Below are positions 18,431-26,637 of a stretch of 64,000 bases of DNA, one piece after another. Numbering within the stretch: the stretch's first letter is position 1; each line of letters begins with the position of its first letter. This DNA is from Candidatus Rokubacteria bacterium CSP1-6. Its GTDB lineage: Bacteria; Methylomirabilota; Methylomirabilia; Rokubacteriales; CSP1-6. The stretch lies in NCBI GenBank assembly GCA_001443385.1, contig LDXP01000001.1, positions 5,285-69,284 of the forward strand, read 5' to 3'. The translations under genes and the position numbers were made by a program. The notes beneath the pieces are model-generated. The model was not told the DNA's origin. It saw nothing but the letters and a program-made list of their open reading frames with translations, and searched no databases.

Positions 18431-20032
18431 CTACTTGTCGAGGTGGACCCGATCGAAGGGGGCGTAGAGGCCCAGGGGGCTGACGATGAGGTCCTTGAAC
18501 TGCTTGTTGTACACGGTGACGAACTGCAGCTCGTGGACCCAAACGAGGGGCGCGGCCTCGACGACGAGCTGCTGCAGCTCCTTGTAGAGCACCCCGCGCT
18601 TGGCCGGGTCGGGCTCGACCGTCGCCATGTCCATGAGCTGGTCCGTCCGCGGCGACGCCCAGCGCGAGCCGTTCACGAAGACCACCCCGGGGCGGATGGA
18701 GTTCGTGTGGTAGAGGCGATGGACGCCGATCACGGGGTCGGCGAGGGTCTGGATCCAGTTGTTGGTGAGCTGGAAGTCGTAGTCGGTGTAGATCCGGCGG
18801 AGCCACGTCGGCACGTCCTCGTGGCGCAGGGTCGCCTTGATCCCGATCTCCGCAAGCACCTGCTGCACGTACTCGCCGTAGCGCTGCCACTCCTCGCCGT
18901 ACGGCGTGATGTCGTGGACGATCTCGGCGCGGATGCCGTTGGGGCCGCGCCGGAGGCCGGCCTCGTCGAGCAGCTTGTTGGCAACCTCGACGCCGTTCGG
19001 CACGTTGTAGCTCTTGACGCTGGGCGTATAGAGGCCGGCCACCGCGAAGTTCGAGTTGATCGGACCCGTCGCCGGCTTCCCGAAGCCGAACCAGACGTTG
19101 TCGATGACGAACTTTCGGCTGATGGCGTAGGAGACGGCCTGGCGGACCTTCTGGTTGTCGAAGGGGGGCCGCGTCGTGTTGAAGTCGAGCTGCACGATGG
19201 GCGACTGCATCTCGTAGCCGCGTGTCGTCGCCTCGATCTGCGGCAGCCTGGCGAGCGCCTTGACATCGCTGTAGGGGATGGCGCCGAAGCCGCCCACATG
19301 GGCCTCGCCCTTCTCGATGGCGGCGGTGCGCGTGGCGGAGTCGGCGACGAAGCGGGCGACGAAGCGGTCGAGGTAGGGCCGGCCCTTCTTCCAGTAGTCG
19401 GGGTTCCGGTCGAAGCGCATGAACTGCCCGCGCTGCCACTCGACGAACTTGTAGGGGCCGGTGCCGACCGGGCTGTTCGCCTGCTTGTTGTTCTTGATGT
19501 CGGTGCCCTCGAAGAGATGCTTCGGGAGCATGGGCGACTCGTAGCCGGACAGCGCCATCATCAGGTACGGCGCCGGGTTTGCGAGCTTGAAGACGGCGGT
19601 GTGCTCGTCGGGCGTCTCGATGTCGACGACGTCGCGGAACGTGATGGCGCCGCGCGGGTGGAACTTCTTCAGCACCTCGAGCACGGAGAACTTCACGTCG
19701 GCGCTCGTGAAGGGCTTGCCGTCGCTGAACTTGATGCCCTTGTGGAGCTTGAAGCTGATCGTCTTGCCGTCGCCGCTCACCGTCCACGACTGCGCGAGCC
19801 CCGGGATGGGTTTGAGGTTGAAGTCGTACTCGAGGAGGCCTTCATACACCTTGGTGGTGACCTGACCGATCGGCCCCGACGTGCTGAGGTAGGAGGCGAG
19901 CGTGGGCGGCTCCGGCTGGACGAGCATGACGAGGGTGCCGCCGCGCTTCTGCCCCGAGGCCGTGTCCGGCATGAGCGCGAGCCCCGCAAGAGCGACGACG
20001 AGACAGCACCTGAGGATTCGAGTTAGGATCAT
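18431..20032 (-). CDS. ABC transporter substrate-binding protein, family 5 (DppA/OppA-like)
   Basis: 533 aa with a signal peptide and the SBP_bac_5 fold (GGTLVMLVQPEPPTL...; FKLHKGIKFSDGKPFTSADVKFS). It heads the dppABC-like operon, and no ATPase genes follow. Confidence 0.88.
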   Translation of the reverse strand: MILTRILRCCLVVALAGLALMPDTASGQKRGGTLVMLVQPEPPTLASYLSTSGPIGQVTTKVYEGLLEYDFNLKPIPGLAQSWTVSGDGKTISFKLHKGIKFSDGKPFTSADVKFSVLEVLKKFHPRGAITFRDVVDIETPDEHTAVFKLANPAPYLMMALSGYESPMLPKHLFEGTDIKNNKQANSPVGTGPYKFVEWQRGQFMRFDRNPDYWKKGRPYLDRFVARFVADSATRTAAIEKGEAHVGGFGAIPYSDVKALARLPQIEATTRGYEMQSPIVQLDFNTTRPPFDNQKVRQAVSYAISRKFVIDNVWFGFGKPATGPINSNFAVAGLYTPSVKSYNVPNGVEVANKLLDEAGLRRGPNGIRAEIVHDITPYGEEWQRYGEYVQQVLAEIGIKATLRHEDVPTWLRRIYTDYDFQLTNNWIQTLADPVIGVHRLYHTNSIRPGVVFVNGSRWASPRTDQLMDMATVEPDPAKRGVLYKELQQLVVEAAPLVWVHELQFVTVYNKQFKDLIVSPLGLYAPFDRVHLDK

Positions 20033-20044
20033 GTGCGTTCCCTC

Positions 20045-20341
20045 CTATTCAGCGGTGGACCGGCGCTCCAGGATGACCGAGGACCCTGTGACGTGTTGGC
20101 CGGAGGATAGGCCCGAGCACGGAGCGTTGTCAAGGAGTGGGCCGGACCTTTTCTGTGTAGTGGATGCCTGCAAGAAGATGGCGTGGAGGAAAAGGCCGGA
20201 ACAAATGCCAAAGGCCGTAACCACACCGTCGTGACGGCCTCCTCGCAAGACGTTACGCACCACCAGCATCGTGTCCGCTCCAGGGCTCAGCGTCAGTGCC
20301 GCGGCGACCAATGTGAAGGTCAGCACTTGCCCGTCAATCAT
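20045..20341 (-). pseudogene. truncated LysE/RhtB-family amino-acid exporter fragment
   Basis: The first ~60 aa (LTFTLVAAALTLSPGADTMLVVRNVLRGGRHDGVVTAFGICSGLFLHA) match the RhtB/LysE N-terminus. The ORF then degenerates and terminates after 98 aa, directly abutting the dppA start. Full-length members are about 200 aa. Confidence 0.4.
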
Positions 20342-20350
20342 GTCCCCTCG

Positions 20351-21034
20351 CTAACGATCCAGGAGCGCGCGGGCTCGGCGGAAGATGGTGTGGAGCATCC
20401 CGCGAGTGAGCGTGCCCGTGAAGGTGTTCTGCTGGCTCGGGTGGTAGGAGGCCAGCAGCCGCACGCCATCGGAGAAGCGCGTGAGGCCGCCGTGGCGGAA
20501 GCGGGGGCGGGGCTTCGGCACCGGCTGCCCGGCGATCTCTCGCGCCCGCAGGTAGGCGTCGAAGCCGAACTTCCCCAGCGCCACGACCACGCGCACCTCA
20601 GGCAGCAACTCCAGCTCGCGGACGAGGAACGGCAGGCAGGCCTCCAGCTCCTGGGGCGTGGGCCGGTTGGCGGGAGGCGCGCAGCGGACCGGCGCCGTGA
20701 TGTAGGCGCCGCGCAGCCGGAGCCCGTCGCGCCCGTGGGCGGAGGTCGGCTGGTTGGCGAACCGCGCCGTGTGGAGCGCCTCCATGAGCCATTCGCCGCT
20801 GCTGTCCCCCGTGAACAGCCGCCCGGTGCGGTTGCCGCCGTGGGCCGCCGGCGCCAGCCCCACGATCAGGAGGCGCGCCTTGGGGTCGCCGAAGCCCGGG
20901 AGCGGGCGCGCCCAGTACACCTGTCCCTGAAAGCGCTTCGGCGGCTCCTGAGCCACGGCCTCGCGATGGGCCACCAGCCGGGGACAACGGCAGCAGGCGA
21001 TGACTTGCTCCCGAAGGGTCCTGAGAGACGCCAT
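20351..21034 (-). CDS. uracil-DNA glycosylase, family 4 (Fe-S cluster type)
   Basis: 227 aa with N-terminal CCRCPRL Cys ligands, GEGP-like motif region (LLIVGLAPAAHGGNRTGRLFTGDSSG) and an HPS motif (LLASYHPSQQN). Confidence 0.82.
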   Translation of the reverse strand: MASLRTLREQVIACCRCPRLVAHREAVAQEPPKRFQGQVYWARPLPGFGDPKARLLIVGLAPAAHGGNRTGRLFTGDSSGEWLMEALHTARFANQPTSAHGRDGLRLRGAYITAPVRCAPPANRPTPQELEACLPFLVRELELLPEVRVVVALGKFGFDAYLRAREIAGQPVPKPRPRFRHGGLTRFSDGVRLLASYHPSQQNTFTGTLTRGMLHTIFRRARALLDR

Positions 21035-21038
21035 GGCG

Positions 21039-21764
21039 TCAGCGGCGCTCGGCGGTGCCGAGGTACGCCTCGATCACGGGGGGGGAGGCGGACACGGCCT
21101 GGGGCGAGCCTTCGGCGATCTTCTCGCCGTGGTGGAGGACGACGATGCGATCCGAGAGGGACATGATCGCCTTCATGATGTGCTCGATCACGACCACGGT
21201 GATCCCTTCGCCGCGGACCGCGCGGACCAGCGCCATCAACTCCCGCGCCTCCGAGCCGCGCAGGCCGGACAACATCTCGTCGAGCAGCAGCAGTTCGGGT
21301 TGGGTGGCGAGAGCGCGGGCCAGCTCGAGCCGCTTCCTGTCGGCGAGCGGTAATGTATGGGCCCGCGCGCCGGTGCGGGGTCCGAGCCCGACCCGCTCGA
21401 GAAGCCGGCCGGCATCGTCGCGGGACATCCGGCCGTCGCTGCGGCGTCCGAAGGAGCCGGCCACCAGCACGTTGTCCAGGACCGTGAGCTCGGGGAGGAG
21501 CCGGACGAGCTGGAACGTGCGGGCGATCCCGCCCCAGCAGATGCGGTGGGACGGCCACCCGGTGATGGGCTCGCCCTTGAACCGGATCTCGCCGCCGGTC
21601 GGGCGGACGAACCCCGTGACGGCGTTGAAGAGGGTGGTCTTCCCGGCGCCGTTGGGACCGATGAGGCCGACGATCTCCCCGCGCTCCACGCCAAGGCTGA
21701 CGTGGGAGAGCGCGGCGAGGCCGCCGAAGGCCACGGAGAGGTTCTCCACCTCCAGCAGCGGCAT
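21039..21764 (-). CDS. branched-chain amino acid ABC transporter ATP-binding protein (LivG/LivF-like), orphan
   Basis: 241 aa with Walker A GPNGAGKTT, signature LSGLRGSEAREL and Walker B LLLLDE. No adjacent permease or substrate-binding genes. Confidence 0.82.
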   Translation of the reverse strand: MPLLEVENLSVAFGGLAALSHVSLGVERGEIVGLIGPNGAGKTTLFNAVTGFVRPTGGEIRFKGEPITGWPSHRICWGGIARTFQLVRLLPELTVLDNVLVAGSFGRRSDGRMSRDDAGRLLERVGLGPRTGARAHTLPLADRKRLELARALATQPELLLLDEMLSGLRGSEARELMALVRAVRGEGITVVVIEHIMKAIMSLSDRIVVLHHGEKIAEGSPQAVSASPPVIEAYLGTAERR

Positions 21765-21925
21765 GGCGGGCAGATAATACCATACTGCGTGTATCGCCGA
21801 TGACGGCTCGAGGGCCAGCGTTCATCGTTCATGGCGGGGCCAGGGCCGATCCCGCCGGGGGACGAGACGAGCTCAGGAACATGCCCTTCTAGCCTTCCTT
21901 GACACCCCGTGGGTCATTGGATAAG

Positions 21926-23152
21926 GTGCGGGGCGTGCTGTCCCTCTCCGACGTCGAGGCCGCCCGCCAGCGCCTCAGCAAGGCGATCTACGCCACGCCG
22001 TGCGCCTACTCCGAAACGCTCTCCCGCCTCACCGGCAGCCGCTGCTTCGTCAAGCTCGAGAACCTCCAGATGACGGGCTCCTTCAAGGAGCGTGGGGCGG
22101 CAAACAAGCTCCTGACCCTGTCCGCCCTGGAGCGGCAGCGGGGAGTCGTGGCGGCCAGCGCCGGCAACCACGGGCTGGCCGTGGCGTTCCACTGCCAGCG
22201 CCTCGGGATCCGCTCCCTCATCGTGATGCCGGAGTGGGCCCCGCTCATCAAGGTGACCTCCGCGCGCTACCACGAGGCGGAGGTGGTGCTGGCCGGCGCC
22301 AACTACGACGAAGCCTACGGCCACGCCCGGAAGATCGAGGCCGAGCGCGGGCTGACCTTCGTCCATCCCTTCGACGATCCCCAGGTCATCGCCGGCCAGG
22401 GGACGCTGGGGCTGGAGCTGCTCGAGCAGTGCCCCGACCTCGACGCCGTCGTTGTGCCGGTGGGGGGCGGCGGGCTGATCGGGGGCGTGGCCCTGGCCAT
22501 CAAGTCGAAGAATCCGCGGGCCCGGGTGATCGGGGTCCAGGCCGAAGAGATCGCGGCGATGCAGGCCTCGCTCCGGAGCGGCAAGCGCCTGACGCTGCCC
22601 GCCGCCGCCACCATCGCCGACGGCATCGCCGTCCGGGAGGTCGGCGAGCTCACCTTCGAGCTGGCGAAGCAGCACGTGGATGCCGTCGTGACCGTCACCG
22701 AGGAGGAGATCGCCAACGCGATCCTCCTGCTCCTCGAGATCGAGAAGACCGTCGTGGAGGGAGCCGGGGCCACCACGCTCGCCGCGCTGGTGAACAAGAA
22801 GGTCGCCCTCGAGGGGAAGACCGTGGTCCTGGTACTCTCGGGAGGGAACATCGACGTCAACGTCATCGCGCGGGTCATCGAGCGGGGCCTGGTGAAGGAC
22901 GGCCGCCTCGTACGCTTCTCCGTCCTGCTCCAGGACCGCCCCGGCGCGCTGGCGCGCCTTACAGCGCTCATCGCCCAATCGCGCGCCAACGTCCTCCACA
23001 TCAGCCACGACCGCGCGTTCTCCCATGCCCGGATCGGGGAGACGGAGGTGGTGGTGACGCTGGAGACCTCCGGGCGGGAGCAGATCGAGGCCGTCCAGCA
23101 GCGCCTGGGCGAGGCCGGCTACCGGGTCAAGGAGGTTGACACGCGCCAGTGA
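21926..23152 (+). CDS. ilvA: threonine ammonia-lyase (threonine dehydratase), short form with one ACT-like domain
   Basis: PLP-lysine motif (LQMTGSFKERGA), glycine loop (VVPVGGGGLIGG), and a C-terminal regulatory domain. The ORF track starts at TTG 21899. GTG 21926 was preferred (GGATAAGG upstream), so the start is uncertain by 9 codons. Confidence 0.85.
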   Translation: MRGVLSLSDVEAARQRLSKAIYATPCAYSETLSRLTGSRCFVKLENLQMTGSFKERGAANKLLTLSALERQRGVVAASAGNHGLAVAFHCQRLGIRSLIVMPEWAPLIKVTSARYHEAEVVLAGANYDEAYGHARKIEAERGLTFVHPFDDPQVIAGQGTLGLELLEQCPDLDAVVVPVGGGGLIGGVALAIKSKNPRARVIGVQAEEIAAMQASLRSGKRLTLPAAATIADGIAVREVGELTFELAKQHVDAVVTVTEEEIANAILLLLEIEKTVVEGAGATTLAALVNKKVALEGKTVVLVLSGGNIDVNVIARVIERGLVKDGRLVRFSVLLQDRPGALARLTALIAQSRANVLHISHDRAFSHARIGETEVVVTLETSGREQIEAVQQRLGEAGYRVKEVDTRQ

Positions 23153-23169
23153 CCGCGCACCGAGCCCGC

Positions 23170-23802
23170 TTAGTCGCCGTCGAGGGGCCGCTGGTGGGGC
23201 GGCAGCCGGGAGGCGATGACGGCGCGCACCTGGCGCGCCAGCTCGGGCGCGGCCACGCGCGGTGGCACGCCGAGCGCAGGAGACACCGGCGGGTGGTAAA
23301 CGATGGTGATCCGACCCGGTCGCGGAAAGGCGCGCTGGGGCGGCCACGACTCGTGGCCGCCGACAATGGTCACGGGGAGGATCGCGGCGCCCTGCAAGCA
23401 CGCGAGCCGGAACGCTCCCGGCTTGAAGCGCTGGAGCCGGCCGTCGGGGGTGCGGCCGCCTTCGGGGAAGATCATGACCGCCTGCCCGGCCTTGAGGAGG
23501 CGCGCGGCGCCCCGGACCGCCGTCGGGTCAGCGCTCTCCGTCTCCAGCGGGAACGCGCGGAGGAACCGGATCAGCCGGCCGAAGAGCGGCACCGTGAACA
23601 GCCGGTTCCATGCCATGAAGTAGACCGGGCGGCGCGCGGCAAGGGTGACCAGCGCAGGATCGGCGTACGTGACGTGATTCGGCGCGATGATGAGTGGCCC
23701 TTCGGGCGGAATGTTCTCGACACCCTCGAAGCGAACGCCGAAGTACCCGCGCCCGAAGAGCCAGACGGCCGGCAGGAAGATCTCGGGCCCAAGCAGTCGC
23801 AC
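23170..23802 (-). CDS. plsC: 1-acyl-sn-glycerol-3-phosphate acyltransferase
   Basis: 210 aa with the HxxxxD motif (IIAPNHVTYADP) and FPEGGRT box of lysophospholipid acyltransferases. Confidence 0.82.
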   Translation of the reverse strand: MRLLGPEIFLPAVWLFGRGYFGVRFEGVENIPPEGPLIIAPNHVTYADPALVTLAARRPVYFMAWNRLFTVPLFGRLIRFLRAFPLETESADPTAVRGAARLLKAGQAVMIFPEGGRTPDGRLQRFKPGAFRLACLQGAAILPVTIVGGHESWPPQRAFPRPGRITIVYHPPVSPALGVPPRVAAPELARQVRAVIASRLPPHQRPLDGD

Positions 23803-23821
23803 GCTACGATTCTCACACAGC

Positions 23822-23852
23822 GAAAAAAAAGCCGCAACCAGAGGTCGCGGCT
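23822..23852 (-). terminator. rho-independent terminator downstream of the dksA-like gene
   Basis: Minus-strand hairpin GCCGCGACC-TCTG-GGTTGCGGC followed by TTTTTTTT (the plus strand shows AAAAAAAAGCCGCAACCAGAGGTCGCGGC). Confidence 0.6.
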
Positions 23853-23885
23853 TCGTGGAATCGGTATGGGGTTCCGACTCGGAGG

Positions 23886-24299
23886 CTAGTCCTCTTCCTC
23901 GGGCTCGCCGAACAGGACCGCGGCCGGCTCGAGCCGCCGGGCCAACCGCTCGAGTTTATCCTGGCAGCGGACGCAGGTGGTCACCTCGGGCATCGCCTTG
24001 AGCCGGGCCGGCGCGATCGGCTCCCCGCACTCCTCGCAGGTGCCGTACTCGCCCTCCCGGAGCCGGTCGAGGGCCTCGGCCAGCCGGTTGGCGCGCTCCA
24101 CGAGGAGGCTCCGGGTGGCGAAGCTGACCTCCCGCTCTCCCTGCACCTGGACTTCTTCCGTCGGGTCAGAAAAGGGGCTGTTGTCCCCGAGGGCCCCGGG
24201 GAACTCCTCGATGACCACCGCGCCTCCCAGCTGGCGGAGCCGGCCCATCACGCTCCCCAGTTCTTTTTCGATTCTGTCTCGAACGTCGTCCATGGCCAT
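23886..24299 (-). CDS. DksA/TraR-family C4-type zinc-finger protein
   Basis: CEECGEPI...CVRC four-Cys zinc finger with an N-terminal coiled-coil. Start set at the ATG (MAMDDV), which has AAGGAGGGG 4 nt upstream. The ORF-track start is an upstream TTG. Confidence 0.8.
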   Translation of the reverse strand: MAMDDVRDRIEKELGSVMGRLRQLGGAVVIEEFPGALGDNSPFSDPTEEVQVQGEREVSFATRSLLVERANRLAEALDRLREGEYGTCEECGEPIAPARLKAMPEVTTCVRCQDKLERLARRLEPAAVLFGEPEEED

Positions 24300-24335
24300 C
24301 CCCTCCTTGTGGGGTGTCTGCTTTTCGACGTGCAA

Positions 24336-24493
24336 TGCCCATGCCGCGATTCACGAGGGGGGATCACTAGAAAACTTATGTAAAAACATATAGATAGAGA
24401 TCAGGAGGGGCGCAAATCCAGGCCGGAGAGGGCAAATTGGGACAATCCGACCCCTCCGGTTGTCAAATTTGGACCACGACCGCCGGGGGGCGG
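24336..24493 (-). promoter_or_regulatory. AT-rich promoter/leader region upstream of the dksA-like gene with direct repeats CAAATTGGGAC/CAAATTTGGAC
   Basis: In a 70% GC background, the segment AAAACTTATGTAAAAACATATAGATAGAGAT is strikingly AT-rich. Two CAAATT(T)GG(G)AC repeats lie about 30 nt apart. Confidence 0.35.
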
Positions 24494-24805
24494 TCAGGAG
24501 GGGGAGGGGGAAGGCAGGGTCTTCCTCAGAACCTCCTCGAACGTGCCTTCGAGCTCAGCGACAACGGCCTGGGCCACGGCATCCGCGCTCCCCGGCCGGT
24601 CGCTGACCGGACCGGCCTCCCAGCCGTCAAGGTAGGCCTGGCTCTCGGAGGCGCCCTGGCGCATGGCCGCTGCGTCAATCAAATCCTGAAACCGCTGGGA
24701 GAGGGGCGTACGGGTCGTGCGGTCCCCGTCCTGAGCTTCCACCAAGGAGGGGATGCCCTTCCAGGAGATCACCCGGTACGTGGCCACTAGGCTGCCTGCG
24801 ACCAC
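24494..24805 (-). CDS. hypothetical small protein (103 aa)
   Basis: The ORF lies downstream of the malic enzyme gene on the same strand. Its composition is protein-like and it has no recognised family. The overlapping plus-strand ORF looks spurious. Confidence 0.3.
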   Translation of the reverse strand: MVAGSLVATYRVISWKGIPSLVEAQDGDRTTRTPLSQRFQDLIDAAAMRQGASESQAYLDGWEAGPVSDRPGSADAVAQAVVAELEGTFEEVLRKTLPSPSPS

Positions 24806-24877
24806 ATGGCCAAGTCGTTGCGGGCTACCGGTCGTGCGCCGGGACGAGAACCGAGCAGCCCAAGGTCGGCACGGCGG

Positions 24878-26305
24878 CTAGGCGGAGACGACCTTCCGCT
24901 TGCGACGGGCCACGCCGGTGTCGTAGGCCGCCTGGGCGACCGCCGAGGCCACCGCCTCCACCACCCGCTTGTCGAACACCGACGGGGTGATGTACTCCGC
25001 GTTGAGCTCCGACTTCGACACGATGTTGGCAATGGCGTGGGCGGCCGAGATCTTCATCTCGTCGTTGACGGTCCGGGCCCGGACGTCGAGGAGCCCCCGG
25101 AAGATCCCCGGGAAGCCGCACACGTTGTTGATCTGGTTCGGGTAGTCGGAGCGCCCCGTCGCCATGACCTTCACGTGCCGGCCCGCCTCCTCGGGCATGA
25201 TCTCCGGCACCGGATTGGCCATCGCGAAGACGATCGGGTCCCGCGCCATCCGCTTGATGTCCTTCAGGGTCACCACGCCGGGCCCCGAGAGCCCGATGAA
25301 GACGTCGGCCCCTTCCAGGGCCTGGCCGATCTCCCCCCGGAGCCGCTTCGGGTTCGTGTGCTCGGCGAACCACACCTTCATGGGATTCATGTTCTCCTTG
25401 CGCCCCTTGTAGAGGATCCCGCTCCGGTCGGCTCCGATGACGTGCCGCACGCCGACCTTCATCAGGAGCTTCGCGGTGGCAGTGGCGGAGGCGCCCGCCC
25501 CGCTGAAGACCACCGTGACGTCGGACATCCGCTTCTTCACGATCTTGAACGCATTGATCAGCGCCGCCAGAACGACCACGGCGGTGCCGTGCTGATCGTC
25601 GTGGAAGACCGGGATGTCCAGCTCCTTCTTGAGCCGCTCCTCGATGGTGAAGCAGCGCGGGGCGGAGATGTCCTCCAGGTTGATGCCCCCGAAGACGGGG
25701 GAGATCGCCTTCACGATCTTCACGATCTCGTTCGGGTCCTTGGTGGCGAGACAGATGGGAAAGGCGTCCACGCCGGCCAGCTCCTTGAAGAGGAGGGCTT
25801 TGCCCTCCATCACCGGCAGGGCCGCGCGCGGGCCGATGTCGCCGAGCCCGAGGACCGCGGTGCCGTCGGTGACGACCGCGACACAGTTCTGCTTGATGGT
25901 GAGCGTGTAGGCCTTTTCCGGGTCCTCATGGATGGCCATGCAGACCCGGGCGACTCCGGGCGTGTAGGCCATGGAGAGGTCGTCCCGCGTCTTCACGGCC
26001 ATCTTCCCCCTCACCTCGATCTTGCCTCCCAGGTGCATGAGGAAGGTGCGGTCCGAGACGTTGACGACCTTGACCCCGGAGACCGCGCGCAGGCGATCGA
26101 CGACCTGCGTGCCGTGCTTGTCATCGCGGGCCTTGAAGGTGATATCCCGCGTGACGGTATTCCTCCCCACCTGGACCAGGTCGATGGCCCCGATGTCGCC
26201 GCCGGCCTTGCCGATGGCGGAGGTGACTTTCCCGAGCATCCCCGGGCGGTTCACGATATCGAGCCTTACGGTCATGCTGTAGCTGGCACTGGGGGCGCCG
26301 ATCAT
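24878..26305 (-). CDS. NAD(P)-dependent malic enzyme with N-terminal ACT domain
   Basis: 475 aa. An N-terminal ACT-like domain (VRLDIVNRPGMLGKVTSAIG) is followed by the malic-enzyme catalytic and NAD-binding domains (FHDDQHGTAVVVLAAL, GAGASATA). The true start may be Met-11. Confidence 0.88.
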   Translation of the reverse strand: MIGAPSASYSMTVRLDIVNRPGMLGKVTSAIGKAGGDIGAIDLVQVGRNTVTRDITFKARDDKHGTQVVDRLRAVSGVKVVNVSDRTFLMHLGGKIEVRGKMAVKTRDDLSMAYTPGVARVCMAIHEDPEKAYTLTIKQNCVAVVTDGTAVLGLGDIGPRAALPVMEGKALLFKELAGVDAFPICLATKDPNEIVKIVKAISPVFGGINLEDISAPRCFTIEERLKKELDIPVFHDDQHGTAVVVLAALINAFKIVKKRMSDVTVVFSGAGASATATAKLLMKVGVRHVIGADRSGILYKGRKENMNPMKVWFAEHTNPKRLRGEIGQALEGADVFIGLSGPGVVTLKDIKRMARDPIVFAMANPVPEIMPEEAGRHVKVMATGRSDYPNQINNVCGFPGIFRGLLDVRARTVNDEMKISAAHAIANIVSKSELNAEYITPSVFDKRVVEAVASAVAQAAYDTGVARRKRKVVSA

Positions 26306-26348
26306 GGGGCGGTCCTCCTCCTAGAACAACGATGAAGATAAGTGCGGA

Positions 26349-26531
26349 TCAAGGACTCTGGTGGCAAAAAAAGTCCCAGTTGAGCGTATCCCGGGCCCGC
26401 TCGGCCCGGTGACAGCGGTCCGGTTTCCAGTCGGGGAACGTGCTCGCGCACCCGGTCAGCACCGAAAGCGAGACGGCCAGGAGGCCCAGCCGGAACCACC
26501 GGGACCCGAGCGCGCCTTTCGCCGAACTCAT
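26349..26531 (-). CDS. small putative lipoprotein (60 aa)
   Basis: Signal peptide with the lipobox LTGC (MSSAKGALGSRWFRLGLLAVSLSVLTGCAS). Confidence 0.4.
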   Translation of the reverse strand: MSSAKGALGSRWFRLGLLAVSLSVLTGCASTFPDWKPDRCHRAERARDTLNWDFFCHQSP

Positions 26532-26637
26532 GGCCCCATTCCACCCGTTCCCGAGCCCGCCGTCAAGGGCATACCTTGACAGCCGCCGCCCCCGCCGCTA
26601 CTGTGGAGCCTGATCGACCCGCGCCCAGGAGAACACA

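Noticed and set aside
15613-20026. Long ORFs 15613..17430 (+), 17940..19787 (-) and 18248..20026 (+)
   Set aside because: They are shadow frames of the liv/dpp transporter genes with extreme Arg/Gly/Asp/His content and no recognisable family.
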